A stretch of 64,000 bases of DNA from Porphyridium purpureum. Taxonomy: Eukaryota. A program made the position numbers and the translations under genes. The notes under the pieces were generated by a model that saw nothing but the letters and a program-made list of their open reading frames with translations, was not told where the DNA came from and ran no database searches. The DNA lies in assembly GCA_008690995.1 (NCBI GenBank), contig VRMN01000017.1, forward strand, positions 62,001 through 126,000. Direction: 5' to 3'. Below are positions 46,293 to 56,174 of the stretch, piece by piece (within the stretch, counting starts at the first letter, position 1; every line of letters starts with the position of its first letter).

Positions 46293-47405
46293 TCAGGGCG
46301 GATGCGCGTTGCGCGTATGCTCTGTATCAGGATTCGAGCCGTCGAGATTGCGCGAACGACTTTGATTTTCAGAGACTGGTTGCTCTGAATCCGCCGTGGA
46401 AGACCCGATCGCACTTGCATCCACTGGCAGAACACACCTCGTGGCCGAGACAGCGCCTTCTCGGTGCTCGACAAAATGCGCGTCCCTCCTGCGCAACTCG
46501 GTTCTCCATTTGCGTTTGCGATAGTTCACGAAGAAGTTCTTGGCCTGCTTGAGCTCGATTTCGGCCTCTTCCGCAAGCTCCTGCATCTCGACGGACGATG
46601 GGAATGGGTGGTCGAGATGGTCTTCGATCCAGCGGCGCAACACCTCGTGACTTGTGTCAGCCAGATTGGGCCGCCACGCCGCTACTGCAACAGCCGGATT
46701 TGACGCCGCTTGGTCGAGCTGTTCCAACGCTCTCACAATTTTTTCGTTCAGCTCATTGCGTGTCACTCGCCTTTCCTGACTGCTTGCCCCTGGCACAGCA
46801 CACATGTCGTCAGCACTGCCACTGGCGTCGCCACGACGGACGCGCTCGCCCTCAGAGTCAGCAAGAGATTCCCAGTTTGCCAGCTCGGACGCCTCCACTT
46901 TGGCCATCTCCTCAAACAGAACGAGTCGGCTCTCGTACATACCGAGCAACTCAGCGTATTCAGCAGACTGCATGCGAAACGCCAATGCATACGAGCTGGC
47001 GTCTTCGTGCGGGTCCCATTCCTCCTGTCCATCTGTGAGCTGTTGGTTTAGTTTGGTGCTGCGCGCGCTGATCGGTTTGGGCACTACGAGGGCGGTGACT
47101 CCATTTTGGGTTGCAGCCATGGAGCATGCTGCGGTGGGGGTTCCACCTCGCGCGGCGTCTGTTGCTGTCTGCGACAGCCGCCGCTGCCCGCGACCTAGCA
47201 GCGTGCTGCTCGATGGACCCACATCGTACTTTTCAATTTTGCTTTCCCACATTGCCTCCATTTCGGATCTTTCGTACATAAGCTCCTGCTCGGACTCCTG
47301 TTCGGACTCGTGTTCGGGCTCGTCCTCGGGCTCGAAGTCGGACGCTATCTCGGGAGCCGGACTTGACGACTTTGAAGGTACCTTGCGTTTCGCACGACGC
47401 GCCAT
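46293..47405 (-). CDS. TALE-class homeobox transcription factor (divergent)
   Basis: RPNLADTSHEVLRRWIEDHLDHPFPSSVEMQELAEEAEIELKQAKNFFVNYRKRKW has the three-residue loop extension; PYP is PFP and WF is FF. Confidence 0.85.
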   Translation of the reverse strand: MARRAKRKVPSKSSSPAPEIASDFEPEDEPEHESEQESEQELMYERSEMEAMWESKIEKYDVGPSSSTLLGRGQRRLSQTATDAARGGTPTAACSMAATQNGVTALVVPKPISARSTKLNQQLTDGQEEWDPHEDASSYALAFRMQSAEYAELLGMYESRLVLFEEMAKVEASELANWESLADSEGERVRRGDASGSADDMCAVPGASSQERRVTRNELNEKIVRALEQLDQAASNPAVAVAAWRPNLADTSHEVLRRWIEDHLDHPFPSSVEMQELAEEAEIELKQAKNFFVNYRKRKWRTELRRRDAHFVEHREGAVSATRCVLPVDASAIGSSTADSEQPVSENQSRSRNLDGSNPDTEHTRNAHPP

Positions 47406-48056
47406 GTCCTTCGTTCTGATCCGAAGGATAAGACCATCGGCTGGCAACGTGTAGTCTCGGAGCAAAACGACGTCCAGCTGCCTGCCCGGCGCTTCCGGCT
47501 GGGCTCAAGCCGCCGCCTCTTGGCGTCTTTTCAATGCCCCGCCACGGCTTCCCCTAAAACTACGACGCGCTGCCAAGTTTCTACCTGCAGCCCAACCCGT
47601 CTTCAACCTAAACCACCTAGCCCGCCCACGGCCACCCTTCCCACGCAGCAGCCCGTCTCCTCGGTGCACGACCAAGGCCACCACGCTCACCTGTGCCACT
47701 CAAGACGCAAGCTAGTCACCCATCAACCGTGTCTGAAGAGGCAGGACGTGTGCCCGGCGTGTTCAAAACCCGACGTGATCCCCTGCATCACTTTTCCGTT
47801 CCGTTCTGTGCGCGCCTGTTTAGCGTTCAAGCTGCTTGAACCTCCCTTGGCGAGGTTGCACGATGTTCAGCGACGCGCGTGTCCTTTTATCAGACGCCCG
47901 CGTGACAAATCACCAATCCACATCGGACGACGAAGAACGGCTGACTCCCACCGTCACGTGACGTCGCACACCTCTCGCAAGTAGTCACACATCACTCATT
48001 CTGCGCGCCTGCGCTCAACTCCGGATGCTCAGCAGCGTGAGTGCGAAGTAATCAGT

Positions 48057-48189
48057 TAACGGCTAACGGCTAACGGCTAACGGCTAACGGCTAACGGCTA
48101 ACGGCTCACGGCTAACGGCTAACGGCTAACGGCTAACGGCTAACGGCTAACGGCTAACGGCTAACGGCTAACGGCTAACGGCTAACGGC
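48057..48189. repeat. 19 x 7-bp tandem repeat TAACGGC
   Basis: 133 bp with a single variant unit (TCACGGC); bracketed by CAGTTAAC at 48053-48060 and 48193-48200. Confidence 0.97.
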
Positions 48190-49144
48190 TTCCAGTTAAC
48201 CTTTGGTCATTAAGTTGTTAAGCCGATAGACCGGTAAGCTTGTAACCGATAACGGGTGTGGTTTGGGGGAAGGGAAAGATGCTTGGGGTGCGAAGATCTA
48301 TTGGTTTTGCGGGACGAGCGTGCGAGAGAGAGAGAGAGAGAGAGACGGGTGGGGTTATGAGCTGTGGATGAAGCTTCATGTCGAGCGCGACCGCGCCGGC
48401 TGTTCGTACAAAGTGCGAGTTGGAACATGTTGTGCGTTTGAAAGTGGGTGAATTCGGTGGCGGTTGGGTTGGAGGGTTGGCTAGCGGCAGGGCGACGATT
48501 CCGAACGCATGCAGCGCTGGGTTTGAGAGCAGCCACGTTTGTGCCTCAGCTGTACTTTCAGGAAGGCGTACAGGGTGTCGTACGCGGTTTCTCGTCCGGA
48601 AGTGTGCCTGCGGCGACGGCGGTGCGACACTGCACAAATGACGGGACGATGCGGCTCACACAGAAGACGCCCGTCGCGTCCCGCTCTGTTCACACAGAAC
48701 ACAGTTCACACATCCAACTCACAGATGATCGGCGTCGACCGAAATATGGGAAACGAATTAAATACCTTCCGCCTGGCATCCTGATGGCGGAGGTTTCGGA
48801 TCAAGCGGGCATATGCGAAAGTGCTGAATCAAGCTCGTCTCCCAGAATGTCACGCTAGCGCCCTGCTGTAGCTTCAACGTCAATACTACTTTACTTGCGC
48901 TCTAGTTGGTCGCACATGTTTCACTAGGTGGGACACAAATGTTTAGCATACGGGCGGCGCGTGCCACGAGACCTTCGTCACCGGAGAAGCCTGGACGGAA
49001 AGAAACAACATACACCTCTGGTTCACGCAAACTGGATAGGAGGACCAGAATTCAAAGCATGACTCCAAGAAAATAAGAAATCCACCTCGCGGTACCGCCA
49101 AAAACGGGTACCTGGGCAGAAAGTCAACCGAGTTTGTGCGGGGT

Positions 49145-49870
49145 CTAATCATCGTGCGATACCTCGTTCGTCTCCCACTCGCCTTTCTCCTTGTTGAAAG
49201 TCGTCAAGAACTGCTCTGGGATCGGGTGCTCCAGAATGTCGTCTGGGTCATCTGGCTTGGGGCGGATGATGTTCACGGCGGCACACTTGGCCGTGATGAT
49301 GTGCGCGTCCTCGACCGACTCGGCGTTGAGGTAGTAGGTCACGGTGTTCACATTGTCCATGTTGACCGACGGCGACTTTCCTGTGGCCTGCGCCTGGATC
49401 TCCTGCGAGTTCATAATCTCGATCTGCGACAGCGCAGTCTCGAACACCACGTTGACCTTCTTGCAGCTGTCGATGGAGATCGAGTTGCACTTGCCCTTGA
49501 TCTGGACGGTCGCCTTCTCGCACTTGTAGATGTACACCGTGTGCTTCATGCTGGTCACCTCGATCGAGATCTCGTGGTTATCGCGCTGGTACTCAATGTT
49601 CCAGGTCTTCCCACTAAACTCGCACTTGGCGGGCTTGTCCGCCGGCGCGTCCGCCTTCTTTGCGGCCGCGACCCTGGCCTTTGGCACTGGCGCCGGCGCC
49701 CCGTCGTTCACCGGCCCCTTGGTGGCCTTCTTGAGCCCCGCACGAATATCACCACCGGCGCCATTGATCTCCGCAAACAGCTTTGCGGTCACATCCTCGC
49801 CCCCATCGCCTCCCGACGCCGCTGGCGGCGGCGGTGGCGGTGGGCCTGGCGGCGGCGGCGGCGGTGCCAT
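49145..49870 (-). CDS. CAP: Adenylyl cyclase-associated protein (CAP/Srv2), polyproline-WH2-CARP only
   Basis: Poly-Pro, LFAEIN.G.DIRAGLKK (WH2), WNIEYQ, VYIYKC..QIKGKCNSISIDSCKK, EHPIPEQF. Confidence 0.92.
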   Translation of the reverse strand: MAPPPPPPGPPPPPPPAASGGDGGEDVTAKLFAEINGAGGDIRAGLKKATKGPVNDGAPAPVPKARVAAAKKADAPADKPAKCEFSGKTWNIEYQRDNHEISIEVTSMKHTVYIYKCEKATVQIKGKCNSISIDSCKKVNVVFETALSQIEIMNSQEIQAQATGKSPSVNMDNVNTVTYYLNAESVEDAHIITAKCAAVNIIRPKPDDPDDILEHPIPEQFLTTFNKEKGEWETNEVSHDD

Positions 49871-50270
49871 CTCTTCTCCTGCTTCTTCTGCTTCTCCTCT
49901 AACGCCTGTTCAACCTCCAACACCAATCCACTAGCGCCAACCCAACTACACGAAGTCACTGGCTCTCTCTCTCTCTCTCTCTCCCCTCCTCTCTCCCTGT
50001 GTCCCATCACCAAACGCCCCAAACCTCAAATCCCGCAACCCAATCAGCGAATAAACGGCGCGCTTCTATGTAAACACACCCATTCAATCATATTCCATGC
50101 ACTGTCAGCACATCGCCACACCCATCCGATAATTAAGATTATGATTAAACTATGTGTTAAACATCTGAATTAAATAATGGGTAAAATAGATTAAACATGG
50201 GTTAAAATTATGGTTCAAAAAGGGTTAAAAAGAAAGTTAAAACATGAGGGGATTTTTCCTTTTTCAGCGT

Positions 50271-52028
50271 TTAGCGCGTGGCGAGGTCGACTTGTGGGTT
50301 GGGTGGTGGTGCGGTGGACCGTTGGGCGTGGATGTCTGCGCTCGCGGCGCGCTCAGCGAACGTCGCGAGCATGCGCGACGCGCCGGCCGCGCCAAACCAG
50401 CTCGCCAGCTGGGCCTCGGAGAAGCTCGAGCACAGCTTGCGCAGGACCGCGAGCTGCGTGTTCCGCGTGTGCGCGTTCAGCGCCGAGCCGACCTCCAGCA
50501 CGCACTCCAGCCAGTCTGGCGTCGCCGCGCATGTTCTCGCGCCCCACTCATATGACGATACGCCCACAAACAGCTCCAGCGCGCTGGCCTGCGCGGACAC
50601 AAACGGCAGGCGCACCCACCTCACCAGCGCGCGCATGATCTCGACCTCTGAGCGCGCCGCGTCCGAGCCGCCCAGGCCGACAAACAGAGCTCGGCCAACT
50701 GACGGAGCAACGGCGTGCTCCGAGTGCAGCAGGATGCGCGTGATGCCCTGCACACACACCTCGCTTTCTGCATTGTGAGTGGCAAACTCCGTTGAGCTCC
50801 GTGCCATGCACGCGCAGTACAGACGCAGCTTGGCCACGAGCAAGTTGAGCGCGACGGGAGACTGCACGCAAATCATGCTGAGGGCGTACCTCACGTTGTT
50901 GCGCAGTTCGACCGTTACCGTGCGCGCATGCGACGGGTCGAGCAACACAACCAAGTTCGTGAATAAGCGCGTGAGCTGCTCGCGGCTTTGCTGCGTCTGG
51001 TCGTCCATCACGCGCTTGAAGTCCATGCCGGACAGCACACGCGTAATGCCCGCGAGCAGCGTGACATCTGGTGGGTCCATGGCCGCCGCCAACGCGCTAG
51101 CCAGGAGCGGCACCGAGTCCAGCTGGTCGAACAACACGCAGCTGCGCGGGCTGCGCGTCGCAGCAGCTAGCGCTTCCATGTAGCTCAGTCGTACCAGCAC
51201 GTCGCGTGACTCGATGCCGCTGCGGAACGCGCCGCTCGACGCGACGGCCGCCGCGCGACAGAACGGCGCAAGTTCCAGCATCAAGTCCAAAGCGCGCAGT
51301 GCTACAATCTCGTTCTTGTGACTCAGCAGCGATGGTACAAAGCCGCCACCCGCCGCAAGCACAGTCTCTGCTGCGCGCTCCGAGCCTGCACAAAAATGCA
51401 CCAGCAGATTCTTGGCGTCCTGCGCCACTGCGCTCTGAGCGCTTTCCACATTGCGTGCCACCTGGAGTACCACATCCTCATGTTCTACCAGGCACGCAGC
51501 ACGATCTCTTCCTGGTACCGGCTGCGCTGCATCGGCACGGTCTCTGGCTGTCCCGGTTTCGTGACCAAGACCGCATGCGATGACGTCAAAATAGAATTGC
51601 CACAACGCGTGGCAGAGCATTGTGACCTGTTCGGCCGCACTTGTCAGGCCTGCCATAAGCAGCTCTTTCGTCGAGCCGAAGCCCGGCTCCGTCCACATTG
51701 CCTCGACCTCGGGAACGCGCTCGAGCTCGGGCGCTTGCGGGACGTGCGCGCTCACACGGGGCACAAACGTTAGCACCACGCGCAGCGCGGCACACACATC
51801 TGCTACGACATGTTCATCCCCGTTGCGCTGAGCCTGCGACGACAGCCCGGTCCTTTCCCACGCCGAACTGGGCGCATTTTGAGCCGCGTCCACTCTTGTG
51901 CGCAACACGCGCATCAGATCCGACACGCTCACGCACTGCAACAGCGCCCGGATCGATGCGGCGCTCTTATCCGACGCCAGCAGGCTGCGCGCATGTCGGA
52001 CCACCTCGCCATCATCCTCCTCAACCAT
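50271..52028 (-). CDS. ARM/HEAT protein, PSMD5 (S5b/Hsm3)-like proteasome assembly chaperone
   Basis: Helical repeat character; DVLVRLSYMEAL, LPFVSAQASALELF..YEWG..PDWLECVL resemble the PSMD5 C-terminal half. Confidence 0.6.
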   Translation of the reverse strand: MVEEDDGEVVRHARSLLASDKSAASIRALLQCVSVSDLMRVLRTRVDAAQNAPSSAWERTGLSSQAQRNGDEHVVADVCAALRVVLTFVPRVSAHVPQAPELERVPEVEAMWTEPGFGSTKELLMAGLTSAAEQVTMLCHALWQFYFDVIACGLGHETGTARDRADAAQPVPGRDRAACLVEHEDVVLQVARNVESAQSAVAQDAKNLLVHFCAGSERAAETVLAAGGGFVPSLLSHKNEIVALRALDLMLELAPFCRAAAVASSGAFRSGIESRDVLVRLSYMEALAAATRSPRSCVLFDQLDSVPLLASALAAAMDPPDVTLLAGITRVLSGMDFKRVMDDQTQQSREQLTRLFTNLVVLLDPSHARTVTVELRNNVRYALSMICVQSPVALNLLVAKLRLYCACMARSSTEFATHNAESEVCVQGITRILLHSEHAVAPSVGRALFVGLGGSDAARSEVEIMRALVRWVRLPFVSAQASALELFVGVSSYEWGARTCAATPDWLECVLEVGSALNAHTRNTQLAVLRKLCSSFSEAQLASWFGAAGASRMLATFAERAASADIHAQRSTAPPPNPQVDLATR

Positions 52029-52146
52029 CGCAGACAACAACGCGCTGTTGACTTTTCGAGCTTGTGTCACGCTTGTCGACCTTCCTGCCCAGACAGTCCA
52101 TCCTTGTTTTATCGAGCAGATGTTCTACAGTGGCAAAGAAATAAAA

Positions 52147-52995
52147 TCAGTTGGGAACGCGGGCGACAATCATCGCAAAGCGGTTCCCGGGACAAGTGAC
52201 CGAACCGTCTGGATTGATCCAGCCGTGCTCCACGAAAAACTTGTCAGCCGCTGACATGGCCAACTCCAGGACGTCCTTGTCTTTGTCTTGAGCGTCCATC
52301 TCAAGGAGTTTCTGCCAAACGGGCAGCAGCGCGGCCTTGCGTGCGAATTGCTGCTCCTCCAAAGCCATGGGGTATTCGCTTTCGCTCAACTCATAAGTCG
52401 CCGCGTCGAAACCTGCCTCGGTGAGGTAATTCTCGACAAGGCCAGGCTCGGAAAGCGAATTTGGATTGAGGTCTGGCGTTGGCGGCGGCGCCCCCAGCAC
52501 CGCTTCCATGGCCGCGCGGCTAACTTTCATGATCACCACGTTGCGCCAGTAGGTCGTCACCAATGTGCCACCCGGTTTCAGCACGCGTCCCACTTCAGTG
52601 AACGCACGCTGCTTGTCTGGGCAAAACATGAATCCGTAGCAGCACGTCACCACGTCGAACGAATTGTCCGCAAACATGGATAAATCCTGCGCGTCGACCA
52701 ATTCGAAACGGATATTTTGAAGCCCGTTGCCTCGCACGCGCGCCTTGTCCACCATGTCCTGCGCAATGTCCGTACATGTCACGTTCACTTTCGGAAACAA
52801 GCGCGCAGTGGACACGGCCGGCTCACCTGGCCCGCTGGCTATATCTAGCACCTCACCTTCCAGCTTCGGGCCCAGTACACGCTCCACGACATCGCGGATG
52901 GCCTTCCAGGGTCCGCCCGGTTGCGCGTGCTGCTCAAACAGCTTTTGATACATCACGGCGGTCTCGCCGCCAAACTGTGGCGTGATCGATGTCAT
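52147..52995 (-). CDS. Class I SAM-dependent methyltransferase (UbiE-like)
   Basis: VLDIASGPGEP, TDIAQDMV, FADNSFDVVTCCYG, RVLKPGG. Confidence 0.9.
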   Translation of the reverse strand: MTSITPQFGGETAVMYQKLFEQHAQPGGPWKAIRDVVERVLGPKLEGEVLDIASGPGEPAVSTARLFPKVNVTCTDIAQDMVDKARVRGNGLQNIRFELVDAQDLSMFADNSFDVVTCCYGFMFCPDKQRAFTEVGRVLKPGGTLVTTYWRNVVIMKVSRAAMEAVLGAPPPTPDLNPNSLSEPGLVENYLTEAGFDAATYELSESEYPMALEEQQFARKAALLPVWQKLLEMDAQDKDKDVLELAMSAADKFFVEHGWINPDGSVTCPGNRFAMIVARVPN

Positions 52996-53867
52996 TCTGA
53001 GGTTGCTTTAAATCTGACCACCGCCTTTGACCGCCACTTTCCGCAGACAAGGCTCGCAAGCGATGCCTCGGCAGACGTATTGCGGCCGCTTTCTTTTACC
53101 TTCGGCCTTTCTCCTTCGTTTGTTCCGCGACTGCAGCCGAGGACGCACACACGATACTGGTTACCTGCTGGGGAAATCGAATGTAAACTGATCCGATTCC
53201 GGGAACGCCTTGAAGCAGGAGACGTCGATTTCGGATTGCGGCGAGTGGCTTCCGACGAAAGCCAGCCGCGTTTGGCTCTTTTCGCTGGCCCTTCAGATGA
53301 CACCCTCCGTCTGTATTGGGGTGCGCAGCAAGGAACCTTGTCTTCCTGAGTCTTGATATACCTGATTCCTCTCAGGGACTGGCAAGAACTGATCAGGTTT
53401 ATGAACTTGGCGAAGAGCAGGCATTCGAATTCTACGAGATGGATTCGTCTTAAAACAGACAAGTCCGGTACCGTGCGGCTCCTCTCAAGATGTATTGGGC
53501 GCGGCAACGTCTCGCAGGCAGTTTTGCGTCGTTTCAAGAAGGCGACAGAGAGCAAGATACGGCACGCGGCAACGTGTTGTTTCTTCGCAAGATTAGAAGT
53601 GCGCGGTTTCGATACTGCTCTGCCGGAAACGAATGTCCCGCATATGCTAATCTGGAGTGCCAGACTTGTGCTACAGCGCACGAGGCGTTGCACTGGCGCT
53701 AAATCAACTTATTGTCACACCGCGGACAGCGACGGAAAATCATGCGTCCTTGACGCTCTGCGAAACACGGTACAAAATGGGGCGGCACTGCGACTACTTA
53801 CATAACGATCGCGGCGCGTGCGCAATTCAGTTCCTTGCGCCTTCAACAGTGTAGCACGCTGTCCAGT

Positions 53868-54686
53868 TTAAAGCGCCAACTGTGACTCAATCTCGCGCAT
53901 GACGGCCGCGCATCGCGCAGAATCATCATTGTGCGGATGTCCACGCGCAAAACAACCAGCATCATTGTCGAAAAAGCGGCCAGACCTCTGTGCGTGTGGG
54001 GCAAACTCATCAGACAAAGCCGCGCGCACCAGAATGTCGGCGCCAATTCCTACGTCATTGCCGTTGATCCCAAAGCCTTCCTTTACCATCTTGGTCGCGA
54101 GCAGCGAACCCGGATTCACTGCCACCAGCACGACCCCTTTCTGCTCTTGTGTGGCCATGTGGTACGTCCACATGTTCATTGCCAGTTTGCTTTGCGCGTA
54201 AGCCTGATAGTCATCCTGTATTCTGACTTTGCCGCTCAATGCGTCCAAGTCAACTGGCGCCGCTGCAATGGAAGAAACATTCACGACGCGTGCATCCTGG
54301 ACACCTTCCATGATCGGGAGCAGCCTTTTGGTCAACAAGTACGGAGAAACGGTGTTGACCACAAAGCGAATATCTCTGCCGTCCGGCGTGACAGTAGGGC
54401 CGCCCGTCTTGAATACACCAGCATTGTTGATCAATACATCCAGTGAGCTGTGTCGTGCGCACACAGCGTCTGCCAAAGACTCAACGTCCTTCTGCCGGGA
54501 CAAATCTGCCACATACTTCTCGACGCGCCCGCCCGCCAAGGACATTGCCTCTGCAACGCGCTCTATCTTCTCAGCATTTCGCCCATGAAGCAAAACGAGA
54601 TGCCCGCGATCCGCCAGCGCACGCGCAGTAGCTAGTCCAATCCCATCGCTGGCTCCGGTCACTAGAATCGTTTTACTCATCGCCAT
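53868..54686 (-). CDS. Short-chain dehydrogenase/reductase
   Basis: ILVTGASDGIG, LINNAG, VNVSS, YAQSK. Confidence 0.93.
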   Translation of the reverse strand: MAMSKTILVTGASDGIGLATARALADRGHLVLLHGRNAEKIERVAEAMSLAGGRVEKYVADLSRQKDVESLADAVCARHSSLDVLINNAGVFKTGGPTVTPDGRDIRFVVNTVSPYLLTKRLLPIMEGVQDARVVNVSSIAAAPVDLDALSGKVRIQDDYQAYAQSKLAMNMWTYHMATQEQKGVVLVAVNPGSLLATKMVKEGFGINGNDVGIGADILVRAALSDEFAPHAQRSGRFFDNDAGCFARGHPHNDDSARCAAVMREIESQLAL

Positions 54687-55169
54687 GTCGTTCACCGCAA
54701 GACGCACCGCTGCGACAACAGCGCGCGACCCGACTTGATGATAAGTGAATGCGCCGAAGGATGCCTCGCCCGACTGCTGCCGCCGCTCGTCTATTTTTGT
54801 GCAAACGAGGTCACATTCGAACACACTTTCGGTGCCCGTTCTGATGATCGTCCCGCTAAAGACAAAATTAGGGAGAAGTGACCAAGTGACGCAGTTTGCG
54901 CCAAGCCGCAGTTCAACGATAAATGAGCGTGTTCATCTCAGCACGGTTTTTGCCGTCAGGGCCTCCCGCGAAGAATAGCTGACATGGAGCTCCCACTAAA
55001 AGACATACCACGTGAGGAGGAATCATCACTTGAAAAGCTATGGTGGGGTCATGCCTCTCTGGGTCGTGCAAACGAAGACGAGCTTTCCACCCCATTTCCT
55101 GCTGCATGGCAACGACCAAGAACGGCATGGCCCGCAAGTGAAGGATTGAGCCAATCACACCGCGCGCCG

Positions 55170-56063
55170 CTACGGCGATTCCTGTTGTTTGGCTGCCTGT
55201 GCCTGTCGGAGACTTGCCATTCGCATTCTATGCGATGCCAGATACTTCTCTATGGCTTGAACTACTTTCTCGCAGCGCTCGGGAGTTTGAGTGGCATGAG
55301 TGCGATGAAATCGCTGAGTTTGATTGTCGAAGAATCGGCCCGACGCAAGCAAGTGCAGAGAAAATTTGCCTGAAAATGATGCTCGCACCAAGGCATCAGC
55401 GCCCTTGCGGACGTCTTCATCCAGAAGTTTGCTTGACACCAGAGTGCCGTCCCTGAGCTTCGACAACTCCACGTCTGACAGCGAGCTCGGTCTAATCGCC
55501 ATTATCATTACACCCTTTTCTTTCTTCGCCATGTGCTGCGTCCACATGTTCAGAGCGAGCTTGCTTTGCGAGTACGCCTGACGAGCGCCCAGAATGCCCT
55601 TGCCACTCATTGCTCTGAGGCTCACGGGCGCTGCCATCCATGACGAAACATTCACAACGCGACTATCCTTCACGGATTTAAGCAGCGGCAGCATCCGCTT
55701 GGTCAGCACGTACGGCGCAATCGTGTTGGCCATAAGACGCTCGTCGTGGCTTTTCCTTCCCCTCGTGTGGTTATCCGAGCTGTTCTTGAGGAACCGGCTG
55801 TCATGGTTGATCAATACGTCCAGCGAGGTGTGCTTTTTACGCACGGCATCCGCTAGCTTTTCCACTTCGGGCAACCTGGACAGGTCTGCCACGTATGCTT
55901 CGGCGAGGTCGCCGTACACGGCAACCATACGCTCGAGCACGCCAAGGTTAGCGCGCTGGTCGTGTAACAGAACACGGTGCCCAAGGTCCAACAGAATGCT
56001 TACCGCCGCCTTGCCGATGCCGTAACCCGCTCCTGTCACCAGAATCGTTTTCCTGTTGGCCAT
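55170..56063 (-). CDS. Short-chain dehydrogenase/reductase, diverged tandem paralog
   Basis: ILVTGAGYGIG, LDVLINHDS, VNVSS, YSQSK; shares YVADLSR, TKR.LP, SKLA.NMWT.HMA and SGRFFDN with the neighbour. Confidence 0.88.
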   Translation of the reverse strand: MANRKTILVTGAGYGIGKAAVSILLDLGHRVLLHDQRANLGVLERMVAVYGDLAEAYVADLSRLPEVEKLADAVRKKHTSLDVLINHDSRFLKNSSDNHTRGRKSHDERLMANTIAPYVLTKRMLPLLKSVKDSRVVNVSSWMAAPVSLRAMSGKGILGARQAYSQSKLALNMWTQHMAKKEKGVMIMAIRPSSLSDVELSKLRDGTLVSSKLLDEDVRKGADALVRASFSGKFSLHLLASGRFFDNQTQRFHRTHATQTPERCEKVVQAIEKYLASHRMRMASLRQAQAAKQQESP

Positions 56064-56174
56064 GTCGCGTCGCTGCGCATTCGAACGGGCCCTTTGCGGA
56101 CTCGAGGCCGCTGCCGGTTGTTATCCGCTTGGCTCTACAATCACCGACGCGCGAAGCAAACACACGGCTTTTAA

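Noticed and set aside
48057..48189. CRISPR array
   Set aside because: Contiguous 7-bp units with no spacers and no cas genes; eukaryotic context.
48549..48570. TACTTTCAGG resembling the U3 snoRNA 5' end
   Set aside because: The following box A sequence is absent.
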